This document shows positions 1-13,468 of a stretch of 54,632 nucleotides of DNA, piece by piece. The position numbers and the translations under genes were made by a program. Under the pieces are notes generated by a model. That model had not been told where the DNA came from and ran no database searches. It worked only from the letters and a program-made list of their open reading frames with translations. The DNA lies in contig CAJVPI010000097.1 in assembly GCA_910592345.1 (NCBI GenBank), positions 1-54,632 of the forward strand, in the 5' to 3' direction. Source of the stretch: Paraglomus brasilianum (Eukaryota). Position 1 is the stretch's first letter, and the number at the start of each line of letters is the position of its first letter.

Positions 1-199
1 TTAACATCATCGGTATTAGCCTTCTTCATGTTGGTTAAGAAAGTTATTAAATGTTCGCCACAAAGGAACACATAGTGGAACCACTACGTTACGAGCCGAT
101 GGAAAGACTCGCCTTATTTGATACAAGTAATAATATGACAAAAGTCTAACGATGTTTCGTTTTGCATTAAATCCATATATCGATGTCGATCGTTGATTT

Positions 200-950
200 T
201 CAGGGACGTTATGCAGGGTAAATCATGTTTATTTACAATTAGGACTTAATGGTCAGCGGGAGGTTGAGGTAGAATTAAATTCTACGGTAAGTGGAGCGTG
301 ATTGTTACTGAATTAAAAAATATTCTTTCTAAGAAGTAACGTGGTAAGTGGTGGAGGATTATTATTGTTGTAAATGATAATCTATTAATATTAATTGTTC
401 TTATCATTAATTGTCCTACCAGCCCGGTACGTGACACAGTGTAACACAGGAATAGCCAATAAGTTGGCAAATATATTTCCTCCTTTCTTATAAATCCATT
501 ACTTCTTCCCTTCCTTGGCCCTCTATATCTGAAATCTATAGATTCTCCTCTACCTTGTCTTCTCCATAATAATTACAATTCATTTTTTTTCCATATTAAT
601 ATACTGTCATAATTAACAATAACAATTTCTTTATTATTATCTTAAACATTAACTTTGTAACTATTGCTATTCAATATTATTTCATCTGCACATATTCTCT
701 AGGCTTCTTAGCCAAGCTCTTTATTGTACCTATGTATGCCTAGCATATATGTTAAAACTAGCTCTAGCGGGTAACCGTAGTTAGACAATAAAGTTCTATA
801 TTATAAGTTGGCGAATATAGGATGGGAATACGTACGTAATTAATTAACGCTTCGTATTAGTATAAATAATTTGCCCAACATTAAATTATTATAAGTAAGC
901 TAAAGCATTTTAATATCTAATTTCTTTAATGTCCTCAGTGGTTTAATGCT
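200..950 (-). mobile_element. Heavily decayed TpA-rich relic, possibly from a MULE/SWIM-type transposase
   Basis: No intact ORF and abundant cta/tag/taa. Minus frame at 502-431 reads VMDL*ERRKYICQLIGYSCVTLCHV, loosely like a SWIM finger (VDLxxxxCxC..GxPCxH) if TAT<-TGT and TAA<-CAA. Spacing is imperfect and boundaries are approximate. Confidence 0.25.
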
Positions 951-1315
951 TGGAATGAAGTCTCGATAAATGAAATATTTACAATTTATCGATTGGGGCT
1001 TCATATTTTTTTCTCTCGTATAGAAGAACAGCGAAGATAATACAACAACAGTGGCGATACTTGTCATTCAATGCCCAACGATAATTATTGTGGCGGTTGA
1101 ATAAACTGGACTATGGTTGTAATACAGCAGAGTGACGACTATTAATAAGAGGAGCATAATAAACAATAGGACATCTAAAACTTCGCGACGATGCTTTATG
1201 TTCTCATGGTCACATATTCTCAAGCGCTAACCATATAATGTACATGGTGTTAATAATCCCAAATTTATTCAGCCCTCTTCACTGAGTCATATAGTCAGCC
1301 CTGCCGTAATTTTAC

Positions 1316-1361
1316 TTTAATCAACGTTAATGATGTTTAATCAACGTTAATGATGTTTAAT
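1316..1361. repeat. 20-bp tandem duplication
   Basis: (TCAACGTTAATGATGTTTAA)x2 at 1321-1360 plus partial flanking copy. Confidence 0.9.
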
Positions 1362-1847
1362 TTATTGGTAGATTACCTGAACGAAAAACTTGTCAAAGTC
1401 GGCAAAATTCAGGTCTTTAAGTAATGAATTACTTAAAAAAGAATTGGAGTTGGTGAAATTATTTTATCCACTACTACGGCAATTAATTGACTTAAAGATA
1501 AGACTGAAATCTTTCTGTGGCGCTGTTCACTTTGTCTGGTTTTGCAGTTTGTTTGGGAAATCAATCTTGCAGAATTTATTCGTGACATCAGCAGATTACC
1601 ATAGTCTTACTAAAGCCCCCACGCTACCCCCCACGCTACCTCCAAGTTTGGATTCGAAGCGTGCACTGTTGCGAAGGTTTGAGTAAAAGGCGATAATAAA
1701 TCGTTGACAAGCTATTGGAAAATAATAATAAGGACGAAAGGGAAATATATTATATAGTATGTATTCTAATACAATTAAACAAAAAATATATATATTATCC
1801 ACCAACCATCTAATCAAAATCACCGTTATATATATATATATCCAAAT

Positions 1848-4800
1848 TCACTGCGTATTAGTACTCTCATTATCATCACCAGTTTCAACTCCCCAACCGT
1901 CGTCGACTAATCCACCCAATTTCAAACCTCGGACTCTCAAATCTTCTCCATTATTCTCTTCCAAGGCACTCTCAAACACATTTTGTAATTCATCCTCGTC
2001 GCTTTCTTTCTCCAATTCTTTCGCATCATCGGGTCGACCATTACCATCATCAGGTGTGACTGGAGGTGTGGTTTGTACGCCTGTTGTGCTCGAAACTATC
2101 TCCAACGATGAAGGCGAACTACGGACGGTGGGGTAGGGTTTGCTGACAGATGTTAATGCTTCATCAACACCAAAAGAAGAGAATTCAGATCTGGTCAATT
2201 GCGATTCGAATTGGTAAAGTCGTAGTGCTGTTACTGCTTGTACATGTTGAAGTTCTACTGCTATGTCCAAAGGAATCTAAGGATAAAAAAGATTGATTCG
2301 GTATAATGCAATAATGCTCGAAATGTTACATCTTTTCTCTTTGCGCCCGGATAATTCATTACCTTCCCGTTCTTGTCCTTCAAGCCTACATTAGCATGTC
2401 TCTTCATCAATGTTAATAACAATCGCGCATTATTCGTCGCTGCGGCGTGATGCAAACCACTCCATCCATCATAGTCGATTGCGTCAATATCACAAAACCA
2501 CTGTAGTAAGAATTCTACTACCACATCATCGTTGCAAAGTATAGCTTGATGTAGGGCAGTGGTGGAGTTGCGCTCGTGGTTTTTCCAATCGACATTTGCA
2601 CCAAGGGCAAGGTAACGGAGGGCAGAGTAGAGATCAGAGTTGGACATCGATTTCCAGAAGGCCTTTTGGAGCATGATTAAGCAATAGTTTTTATCATAAA
2701 TATAAACGCAGCTATGAGTGAATAAAAAGAGCTTCAAGAACAATAAGACTCAAACTACTGCTTATAGATGATAACTTACCAAATCAATAGACTCTGTTTG
2801 ATTATCATCCTTGGGCGCCAAGAATTCTTTTTTTACATACTTTGCAATAATAAACTTCTCCTTCTCTGACCTATTATAACACATTCTCTATATCATTTCC
2901 TTTGTTATCAATGCCATTATACATATTTATTTCTCTTCTTCTTTCATACCTGTCTGAAGCAGGATTAGCTATAGGCACTCCACTGGCACTAGTGATATTG
3001 GCCTCGAATATCTTATTTGTCATCGTGTTGCCGAGTCTTAACATTACTTCAATTGCTTCCGGTTCCCATTTGTCAAGGGACAGGGAACGCACTTTGCTCA
3101 CGTGTACACCGAGACTACGGTGTATACCTGAGCACTCGATGCAGAGTAGCGTGCCGAAATTTGCACAGGCCCATTGAGGGTCTAGTTGAGTATACGAATT
3201 GAAGTAACGGGTTGAGACGAGAGGGAATATGGGATAAGCACGAGAACGTGTACGATAAGTCAAAGATATTAGAGGATTTAACTTTACCTGAGGCTTTACA
3301 ATCAACACACAAGTCATTCCCACGCAATTCTTTAATTCTTTGAATCGATCTCCGATTACTCGAATATCCATTGCCGTTAGTGTCATTTCCGCTGGCAGAT
3401 GTTGACCCGTTGACGGAGCCTCCCTAAACGGGAATACTTACGTATTCACTAATATTGAACATGGAATGAAGTAATCAATATATTTACCCACCTTCAACCG
3501 ATCAGCATCACTTTCCACCGGAGACGGCAGCTGACCGGAAAAGGCTTCTTGGGCAGCTGTCTTTAGGCACCTTATCCAGTCGTCCATTTCTTCCTCATTT
3601 TCTGCTTGGAGAAGATATGTCCTATATAATGGCATTTTGCATCAAATAGTCTTTGTATGTGAAATCACTGATTGTTAATAGTCAAACGACTTACTTTCTA
3701 GGGGACATAATTTCGAAACAAAATCTTCTCTCGGAGTTATTGACGGGTTTAATATGACAAATCCTTAGATAAACGGAAACTGTTTCTTCGTCATCTTTGG
3801 AACCCTTGTACCAGACAACGGATTATTGGTATATGTTCATTTTCACTATATCAGATTCTTTTACGCGTGAAGATGAGAGGGATATGACTATACAAAGACT
3901 CGCCTCTTCATACACGAAATGAAGAGGGAGACAAAGCAGGTAAAAGAGAGAATGCGAAGAGGATAACAGAGATGGCAATATCTGACTATAGAACTTGGGT
4001 ATATCTATTAAAATCTCTATTTATATTGCTGTAATGTAATGCTACACTTAATTATAAACCACTGGTGACATTATTATTTCGCTCTTGACAACATACCTTC
4101 CCACTACCTCGACCAACAAAAGTAAGCGTCTCTCCATCAACGGTTGTGTATACACGAACCCATGATGCCATGACTCTCTGGGATCCTTTCTTGAACAGAT
4201 ATCCTGACTTCGTTACTGACGTTGAATTTTCCTTAAATGTTGGAGATGACATTTCTTTAGCAGGACGCATTGGATTATAGGTTTCGTGAGCCGTCTGGAT
4301 AGATGGTTGATTTAGGGCCGGAATGTTTGAGCGATTAGATAAAAAATTTATTAAAATGATTCGAAATGAATACCTCAATAAGACTCTTTTTGAGTTCTTG
4401 CGACAGTTGTACGTCTATGTCGTATTGTATTCGCGCCTATTGATGAAGCATGTTATAGAGCATAGCGACTATGATGAATCGATAACCATTGAATACCTCG
4501 TGAAGCGTCTCTATTACCGACGTATAATTGACATAGTTAGTGTATGTTGACTAATAAAATAAACCATTAAAAAAAAGTTACTTACTCGTTACGTCTCTCA
4601 TATGTGGTTCTATATCTTTCATAGTCTCGTAATTTTGATGATAAAATGCTGATTCGGTGAACATTAATGCCAGTATCTGGTAAGAACAGCACATCCGTAT
4701 TACTCATTCAAATTGATCTATTCAAATGACCAATACACCACACTATCATGAACAACAGAACTATTTCTCACATATTCCATGAACTCAAACTTCTTCTTCT

Positions 4801-5830
4801 GTTCCAGTTGATTGATCTTCATGACGTATTCAAGGTATCGACGATGAAATTCACGTCTAGTGTCAGTGACTTCCGTTGATGCCTACATAAATGTATAATA
4901 TTAGTAATTAAATAAATTAATATAATGCGTATATATTATACATATATATATGTATGTACCATATAATGGCTCATTACAATCTCTCGCCTATAAATAACCA
5001 ACCTCCGCAATTTGTTGATCTTTGGCTTTCTTACTCATATATCTCGCAAGTGCACCGTCGGCCTCATGGCTTGACTTCTCAAAGTTCTTCCTAACTTCCT
5101 AGGGTGCAGAACAATTCAGTAAATACCAATAGGTATAAGCAAGAACTATTATAATAAACATATCAGCTGTACACAGTGTGCAACAAAGATAATTAAATTA
5201 ATTCAATACCTTGAGAGGTTGGATCTCATTTTTGACAAACGACTCGAGTGGACTAATAAACATGTCACTCATATGTGAATGCTAATAAACAGAAAATAGA
5301 TTGTAGTCACTTCCTATCGGTATGTTAGGTCCACTATTGAATAAATATCCAAATAATAATACGTCAATCGTAACCAAATACTTACAAGAATCTTTCGACT
5401 CCTTTCAACTTCTTGAAGTGATTGGGAATATTTAATCAGCACTGATTCTTGAGAAGTAAAAGTCGAAAACATTAGGCATTAGATAAATAGTCAAAAGTTT
5501 TTTGATGCAGAATAGCCTTATAATCTCACTTAATGAAGAATCTGGTTGTTGTTTAGCAAAATTCCTGAATTCGTCAGCAAATTGCAACTGTTTACTTGTA
5601 TATTCTACGATAAGTACCAACAATTTCATTAGCTTGTTTAACTCATATGTCAGATAACAAAAGCTCAAGCTGTACAAACCCGTAGCAAGCTCCACACTAG
5701 CTTTAGCCAATCTCACCAGGTTCCTAATCGTACTTTCAAGACCGAATATAGACTCCTCGCACGCAGCTAGTTCTTTACGAAAGTACGGTGGGTCCTCTTG
5801 ACACAGACGAAGGTCCAATGGGGTTGTCAT
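1848..5830 (-). CDS. ACAP/centaurin-beta-like ArfGAP (BAR-PH-ArfGAP-ankyrin), multi-exon
   Basis: N-terminus MTTPLDLRLCQEDPPYFRKEL (BAR). PH domain KSGYLFKK...RRFCFEI...TYLLQAENEEEMDDWI. ArfGAP zinc finger CVDC...WACANFGTLLCIECSGIHRSLGVHVSKVRSL. Ankyrin repeats TALHQA and GWSGLHHAA. GT-AG introns join the traced exons in frame, including a 14-nt microexon at 4497-4510. Confidence 0.93.
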
Positions 5831-7799
5831 TTAGATAGATAGAAGGGAATAAAATGGGCAATGGATGTACAGAGAAAGAGTAAAACAGTAGGGATATTGG
5901 GAAAAGTAACAAACGATGAAGTATACAAAGAGTAAAAGTATAGATAGTGTTTGGTAATATACAATCAATCGTGTCTTTTGTCCTCCAACTCTAAATTAAA
6001 ATTTTAAATCCAATCTCTAGCCGAATATCCTGTTAAATACTAATGATAAGAAATCTGTTAATAATCCGATTTTCATCTAATGCCGCACTTCTCATCGCTC
6101 TCCACAATTCACATCAAACTTCGCTATTCCTCAGATTCGCCTTTATCTCGTCTTACAAGGATAAATGCATGCTCCCGCTTATACCTTACTCTCTACACTA
6201 TCCTAACAATAAATTTTAAGTTCCACTACAGCAGATATATCACATGTCTGTCCTCTGCTTCCCACATTATGCCTCAAATAATAAGAAAGCAGAGAGCTTT
6301 TGGATGTGGAGAAAGGAAAGAAGGCTAAAGCTCGGATTGGTGTTAACATTTTCCCATACAGCTCCTCAGGAATTTAGAGAAACTGCTGCTTCCGGTTACC
6401 AAAGATGTCCTCATAGGAAAGCAAAAGCATGTGAATTGTAGTGGTTTGGTCTAGTAAAATAACCTTCTGCTGAACCCCAAATTTGCAAGTCTACTCATTT
6501 ATTACAGCGCTCTCTACATAGATAATCCAACACTGACCTTATCTACTGGGTCTGTTCAAAAGCAGAAACTTATGAACAATGATTATTATACGATCGCATT
6601 CGTTAAATTTCAGAACGCGCGATTTCTTTTCACCCTTGACGTTAGTTACAGCCAATGAAGTGTAAATGTGGTTACACGGTCCAAACTTTAATATACTAAT
6701 ACTAATATTGTATACAAGAGCAATTATTGTATTTATAAAAAGAATACACTTCGACACATTCGTTGAACACTCTTTTTGGTAGAATTTACGAATTTGCTTA
6801 ACAAGTGGTTCTGGTCCTTTTACTAAATAGTATAAATACTATTAAATGGCAAGTAGTCTTTAAACTGACATAGAATTACAGTAATATTAGAAAAAGATTA
6901 TCGCCATCCGTTTTTAAATCTGATACAAAGCTCTACTAAATTACTAGATAAAGAAAAATTGCTTGCGAGCAGGCTAATCAAGAGAAGAATCATCAGTTGT
7001 CCTTGAGAGTCTCAAATATATCCCGACCAAAGAGCAAATATGGTTATAAAGACGTTCAAGACCCGCGGCGATATAAGTAATGAATCTTTAAAATCCAGAT
7101 AGCAGCTTCACTATGCTACTGAAAGCCTTATCCACATTCAATCCAGCAACGCTAGATCTTTTATGACATTTACTATCACAACATGGTGTAAACGACATTA
7201 ATAATTCTCGTCAACAAGGTAGTCATGGTAAGGTACTTCATTTTGCAGTGCAACAGTTTTTGTATTGTAGAATAGAATAAAGCCCTCGTTCAAAGCTATT
7301 TTAATTATTTATGGACATTACTATTACGTGTGTTACCTCTTAATATTAACACTAGCGCGCAAACTCAACTTATTACTTATGGAGAATTTCTCGTAATTAC
7401 CAAGCTTGGCACCCAAAATGAACTGTGAAATGCGTGGGACAATTCCCGCAAATAAAAAAACCTTTACCTATGCTATATTTACTATTACGTGTCTGTACAC
7501 GTGACCAAACCATCCGTTCCCAACATTATTAGTGATGGACTTGATAGTAAATAAAGAGAATCGATAATCCTTTCGCCGATTCATAGACAACTTGCCTACG
7601 ATTGTGAATACCTTAACTAAGAATTGTGGTAGAATGACGAAACGCTAGCGTAATTGAAAGCGGTTTATTACTAATTTACCTTGCTATTACTTAAGAATCC
7701 CGAGTTATAGCGGTATCTTGGTTAATAACATATTCAACATGTATAGGCGTGGTAGTCTTAAGATAATCTTCAAATAAGAAGTAGACTATTATTGAGCTG

Positions 7800-8520
7800 A
7801 ATCACATTACGTTAACAGTATACTTACTGATGGCCTGACCTATCTATCATATGTAGATGAATATGTTCTAACACGCATCTCGGAAAAGGGGCCGAACTTT
7901 GAACCCTCTCCGGCTAATTTATGCGGATAGATATCATGGGATGTTAGGGTTAGGGTTAGGGTTAGGGTTTTCAATGATTCATATGTTATATTATATAGCC
8001 TCTTCCTCTGCCGATTCATCTATGAAGAAGTATATATGTATCTAACTTAATTTTGCCTGTTCTTTGAATATTTCGAAAAATCTCATTTATTGTATCCATC
8101 GTTGTCAAACTTCTTACTTAAAGCACAGGCTAGTCCCTAAGCTCTTTCCAATATTTTCTGATTGGAATTTTTTGACGAGTCAGAAGTTCGATAATTATAT
8201 AAATAACCAATGTGTAGGGATATATTAATATGAGTATATGTCTCGGCAATCCCAAAAATAACCACCCTTTGTAGGTCCATATCATAGAAACCAACAATCA
8301 TACCATATACATAGTCGTAATCCCCATCAAGGAGCGATAACGGAAACGGAGGGTTATTCAGCTGATTTCTGTCAGCTTCCGTGATAACCTTATTCATTTA
8401 TCCTTTAGCATTCTTTTTATAAGAACTATGTAACTGTAAAACACAACATTGAAAAGCAACACAGTGACACTGTTATTTTACATTCTGCTATGAGTTTGCT
8501 GATACGTACAAGTTGGAAAA
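7800..8520 (-). pseudogene. Possible decayed gene of unknown family
   Basis: An 86-aa protein-like ORF (8397-8137) is preceded by an intron-like GTACGT...TTTTACAG. Its frame continues past the TAG with scattered stops through the telomeric repeat. No recognisable domain. Confidence 0.2.
7944..7969 (+). repeat. Interstitial telomeric repeat (TTAGGG)4TT
   Basis: GTTAGGGTTAGGGTTAGGGTTAGGGTT read directly, with ordinary sequence on both sides. Confidence 0.9.
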
Positions 8521-11323
8521 ACTATGGCGAAAAATATCTTTATTAAAAAAGTATTGATTTTACAAGAAGCACCGACAACGTCGCAAAGAGTCGGTTACGA
8601 CGGTTTGAGTCGACTTTGAAGTGTTTGACGAGGAAAGTGAGGAGCGCTATAATTTGCGGCCTTGATAATGATGTATGCTGGGGAAAGGAATTCCAAGAAG
8701 ATTTAAAAAAAAAAAAATAAACAAGCAAGCTGTGTTACGTATATGTTTTGATATCACCCAATCCACGTGAAAAAAAGCAAAAAAAAATTTTTTTCCTCAG
8801 CCCACATTACATTTCTTACTGGCAATATTTTCAATATTTTCGATAGAACGGTTACCTGTAAAGTATCATCACCGCAAACACATGATTTATCTGCACAATT
8901 CATCAGCTATCAGTACAGAGGAGGCTCGGTATTTTTACATGTGTTTCTTGCATGCGATGGAGTTTATCTGAATGTTATAAATGCAATATTGTATGTAATG
9001 TTGTAAGTAATATGCAGTGTAAGCATGTAAGCGTAGGAGTTGACTAAACAAAATGTCTTCCGGGGTTTGCTGCGGGGAAGATTATAATAACACTGACACA
9101 ACAATAGCAACGTATCAATGAGTTTGTGACAATTACTATTATCAGTTATTATCATTTCATTGTTTGTTTATTGTTGTCTTTTTTACAATTGTTAACGGAT
9201 GCTTGCATCCTCGCTTTTCCTTTTGCGTGCATACGTTAGCCTCTGCTATTTCAATCGCAGATGCATACTTAAAACTTAGATAATCATCTATTCGGTTGGG
9301 TACTCGCACCAAGGCTCATTCTATTGTTCATTTGATACTTCCAATGACATTTCACTCGATTGTTGTCTTCTGCAGCAGGGTAAACATTAACCGCCACCTC
9401 CACCCATGTCCACATATCTCATGGTTTTGAATACTCATTTGTATGCGATTGTGCGTCTGTTTATCGAAATTCTATCCATTCGCACAATGAAAGAAATTTT
9501 TTTTTTCTTTTGTTACAAATGTTGAAAACAGAGAAACAAGTGTCGGTATTGTAATGGTAGGGATATGTTATTTCTCAGCCTGGTACCGTTAATGATTGGG
9601 CGAATTGAGTTGTACACATCGTCTGTCGTTTTTGACATTTCTTTTGACTTTCACACATGGTTGACGATGCGAAGAACTTACCGACGTATTGAGAATGAGC
9701 AATGGGTGAATAGGTAATTATGTTATTTACACCTGGAGATGGATAAGATATTTCCTTGTTATATGTAGTACATGAAACAGACACTTTATTATATTGATTA
9801 TCACTGTTTGTTTGCTTTGCTCGTTAGTCCGCAGTCGCATTTTTATTGAGTGTGAGAGCTTGCCTGCTATCTCATACAGAATCTCCGTTCTCGTCTCTCG
9901 AGTGTTGCGGATTATGTGCTAGTCCGTTATAGTATATGTATGGATACCGCCATAATGCTTTCTATTGTCCTTCAAACGATAATTTCTATGACGTCATCTG
10001 TACTGCCTTTTTAACTTTGACGCAGGGATCTCCACACCGACACCACCATTATGCACTTCGACAGGAATGTAACACCGATCAATAGAATATTTGATTAGAT
10101 AATTAGATGACAATGAAAGAGACAATTAAACCGGCAATATTTCGATAGTGGCTTTCTTGCTTTTATGCTTCTGTGATGGATGCAACATAAGGTCAAATTG
10201 TCAACAATCTGTCATTAGAGAATACTAGATGTTTAAAGTTTACATTCGTCGTACCCAGTGCTCTTGAATATTTCCACAAGTATCAATTCAGCAATACAAC
10301 AACTCCTTTGCTTGCAAGGAAGGCAAGGCAATCTCAACACTTTATCTAATTCTGCACAATATATTTATTTGCTTGTTGTATGCTCAAACATGATATCATT
10401 TTGCAAGTCTTTAGATCTTCGCATACATCTACAAAGTATAGCACACGTATAATGCTCACTATATCCCCACATATATACCCCACACATACATATACAAACC
10501 CACACATATATACACGTATATCGTATGTGACTATTTTCTATACCTTTTATTCTCAAAAGCCATCCACCTCTTATTCTCATGCTCTCAGCTGACGACCTGC
10601 CATTCTTTTGTCTCTCGCGTAATGCTTATCCATCTTCTGGGTCCAGCCAACTTGCCGGATCCACGGTTCACAAACCCACGTGCCTCAAAACAATTACTAT
10701 ATTAGTCTAATTGCGCTGCGGGGTACAGATTCGGTAGCAAACCATATCAACATCAACCCTCCCCAAACGGTCCAACACTTCATTTCCCATTTACACCGCT
10801 AACGATATAACATCCGGCTTCTAATTATCTCCATTCCCATAACTTATCTCCTTCTGTCCACAATCTCAAAATTTTTCATTCTCAACCTTAAAAATTGCAG
10901 CCGACGCAGGAGTCTTTGTTATTGTAATACAGCTCAGCCATGTCGTCTTCCTTTGTGAATATGCTGCTGGTAATGTCGCTACGAGACAAATCATCGTCGT
11001 CTATTATATTAAGAATAAAGGCATGCACACAACTATATAAACGCCTGGCCGTCCTTTCTCATGTTTCCTCGAAGCCCGTCAACCGTAGTTGAAGCTTTCG
11101 TACGCTTGTTCGAACTATTCTCTATCTTCATATAATGACCCATTGACGCAACGTTCTTCCCTGCCATTATCCCCATTATACATTAAAATTTCAAGAATCA
11201 CCATATTGAATACAAGTAAAAAGATCTCAAGAATATAAAGCATTAATTCTATATAATATAACAATACATCTGTACATCATTTTGATCACGACAAATTAAG
11301 AAAATACATCAATTTATACAATC

Positions 11324-12258
11324 ATGAGTCCATCTGCAGTTAGCACACAATCGGAAACCCAGTACAATTTGGACAACGGCAAAACGCCAGCCTACAGTGA
11401 TTACAAACAATACATTGAAGTCGACTTTGAATCGGAAGACGAAGGGGTAAGTTAAAACGAATGATTCGTAAATTTTGTTAGACTTCTATCGCATTTCTTA
11501 CTGAAACGAAAACCAAACCACTATATCAGTCCTACAAAGATAGTGCGATCACAACTGATTACTCCTCAGACGACGAAGACTATTCCGATAGAGACTACGA
11601 GAGTGATAACATTGGGTAAATGACAAAGCAGAAACCTGATTAGTTACCTGTCTTTTCTTCCAGAAACCACCATATTCATAACACAAGCGATATCATGATT
11701 ATAGTTCGAGTTCTAGATCATATCAAATGGATATGCAAGAGTATTCAAGCGAAGATGAAATTATCTATGATGATTATGAAGAAGAGATGCAAGACGAAGA
11801 ATTGGCCGATATCATCGAAAAGGTAAAAAAAAAAGAGAAAAGCTTACTAAAATGACTTGAGAAACGCGAGTTCTCATAGAATGTTCAATTTAAATTGCAG
11901 AAGGAACTCCTTCAATCTATGATCGAAAAAGTCCAACTGGCAACAGAAGAACAAGAGCTTGAAATACGAGAGAGAAAAGAAGAGCTTGAAGAGTTATACG
12001 AGACTTACTACAAATTAGAACAAGAATTAGAGGTGATAAACAAGTGAATAACAGGGACACGGTTTATTATCAATGGCCGGTTAGATCTCATCTCTTTGTT
12101 AACATAACAACCCACTTGTCTCTGGCGTTAATTATTAGGTTCCAAGGAGTCGTTCCATATGGTTCGGATGTCTCGTCCTGAATCTTCTTCTTCCATTTCT
12201 AATCGTCGTTTTCCTGACCACTTACTCACAAAACGCTGAAGATACTGCGATCCACTGA
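11324..12258 (+). CDS. Acidic coiled-coil protein with C-terminal transmembrane helix (~192 aa, 5 exons; not in ORF track)
   Basis: Exons 11324-11446, 11530-11615, 11705-11822, 11901-12032 and 12139-12258 join in frame through GT-AG introns. Protein: MSPSAVSTQSET...DYSSDDEDY...EEEMQDEELADIIEKKELLQSMIEKVQLATEEQELEIRERKEELEELYETYYKLEQELE-VPRSRSIWFGCLVLNLLLPFLIVVFLTTYSQNAEDTAIH*. TATATAAA lies upstream at ~11034. Confidence 0.8.
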
Positions 12259-13468
12259 ATAGTATCGCGAACTGACATTCCCAATTTTCTTCTTTAATGG
12301 AAGGTTCTTGTTCACAGCTTTTTATTTTCTTACTTTTTTCAATTTTTTTTCTTTTTTTCCTGTTTTTCTGTTATTCTTATCTGTCCATCCAGGCATTTCT
12401 TTTCTTTACTCTCTCTTCTCTCTTCTCTTTCCCATTCTTCATATCTTAACGTTCCAATGTCATTTAACGGATCGTCCACTCTCTTTTCTCTGTAATTATT
12501 TTCGTTACGCAGAGATTTTCGACTTTTTCTTGACCCGAACAATTTCTCTTAACTTACTGTTTGGATAATAAGTCTTTTATGCTATATTTACATCTAACCC
12601 AACGAACTATTATGCACACGTTTCTTGACAAGATCACACTTTACGACTTACCTCCCGACGGGACTTTGTAACAATTTAAGCTTTATTATGTTTTCTCCTT
12701 ATTCGCTGGACCTCTCATCGTTTCCTAAGAACTCGTTTTTATGACTTTGATTCGAATGCCTAGTTCTTATTAAGAGTATGTTGCACTATATGCGTTTTTC
12801 CGGAAATTTTATATGTTAATACACCTTGCCTAAGCAGGTGTAGTATATGAATATATGAATACGTTTTTTCTTTTAAAGCCAAACAGATTACTACGCGTAG
12901 AAATTTATTTTCGTATTACTCACTTTCATTACGGAACCCTTCTGATTATCACAGCGTTTTTATGTTCGCATTCTTTTTCACGTTTGATCCTGTTGAATTC
13001 GTTTCTTTCCCCCCAATTCTTTTAACTTGCGAGAAAATAAGTCCTGGTCGACTCATTATCGCGCGCTTCTTCAAGCAATTCTTTGTTCTATCATTTCTTT
13101 TTTTTTTTTTTTTTTTACACAAAAAGCCAGAGTATTTTAATTAAATAAATATAAAAAACCTACCTATCCCAAGCTTCAAATCTCTGCTGCAACATCATAG
13201 ATAATAAAATTTCAGCCATTATTGATTAATCTCAAAAAAACATGAAACCATATCAATTGCATAAAATAGACATTTCTTCAATAGAGCATAATTTATTGCC
13301 TTATTTTCTCAATCGCACGCAAGACAAATGCTTCGCTAAGAAGAATGTGCATCATCTTGTCCGCATATTTACATCCATCACACATTACCAGGAATCTTTC
13401 TGGTACTCATCTTAATGCTCATGTTTAGATGCTTTTCAGGCAGACTCCTTAATTAGCTTCAGTAAAAG

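Noticed and set aside
1390..2136. Plus-strand ORFs of 98 and 125 aa
   Set aside because: No domain signal. One has a non-ATG start and the other overlaps the ArfGAP last exon antisense.
7944..7969. Telomerase RNA template candidate (CCCTAA on the minus strand; also ~51986-51997)
   Set aside because: Only the repeat match is visible. Four full units exceed a typical ~1.5-unit template, and no pseudoknot or other TER structure could be supported.
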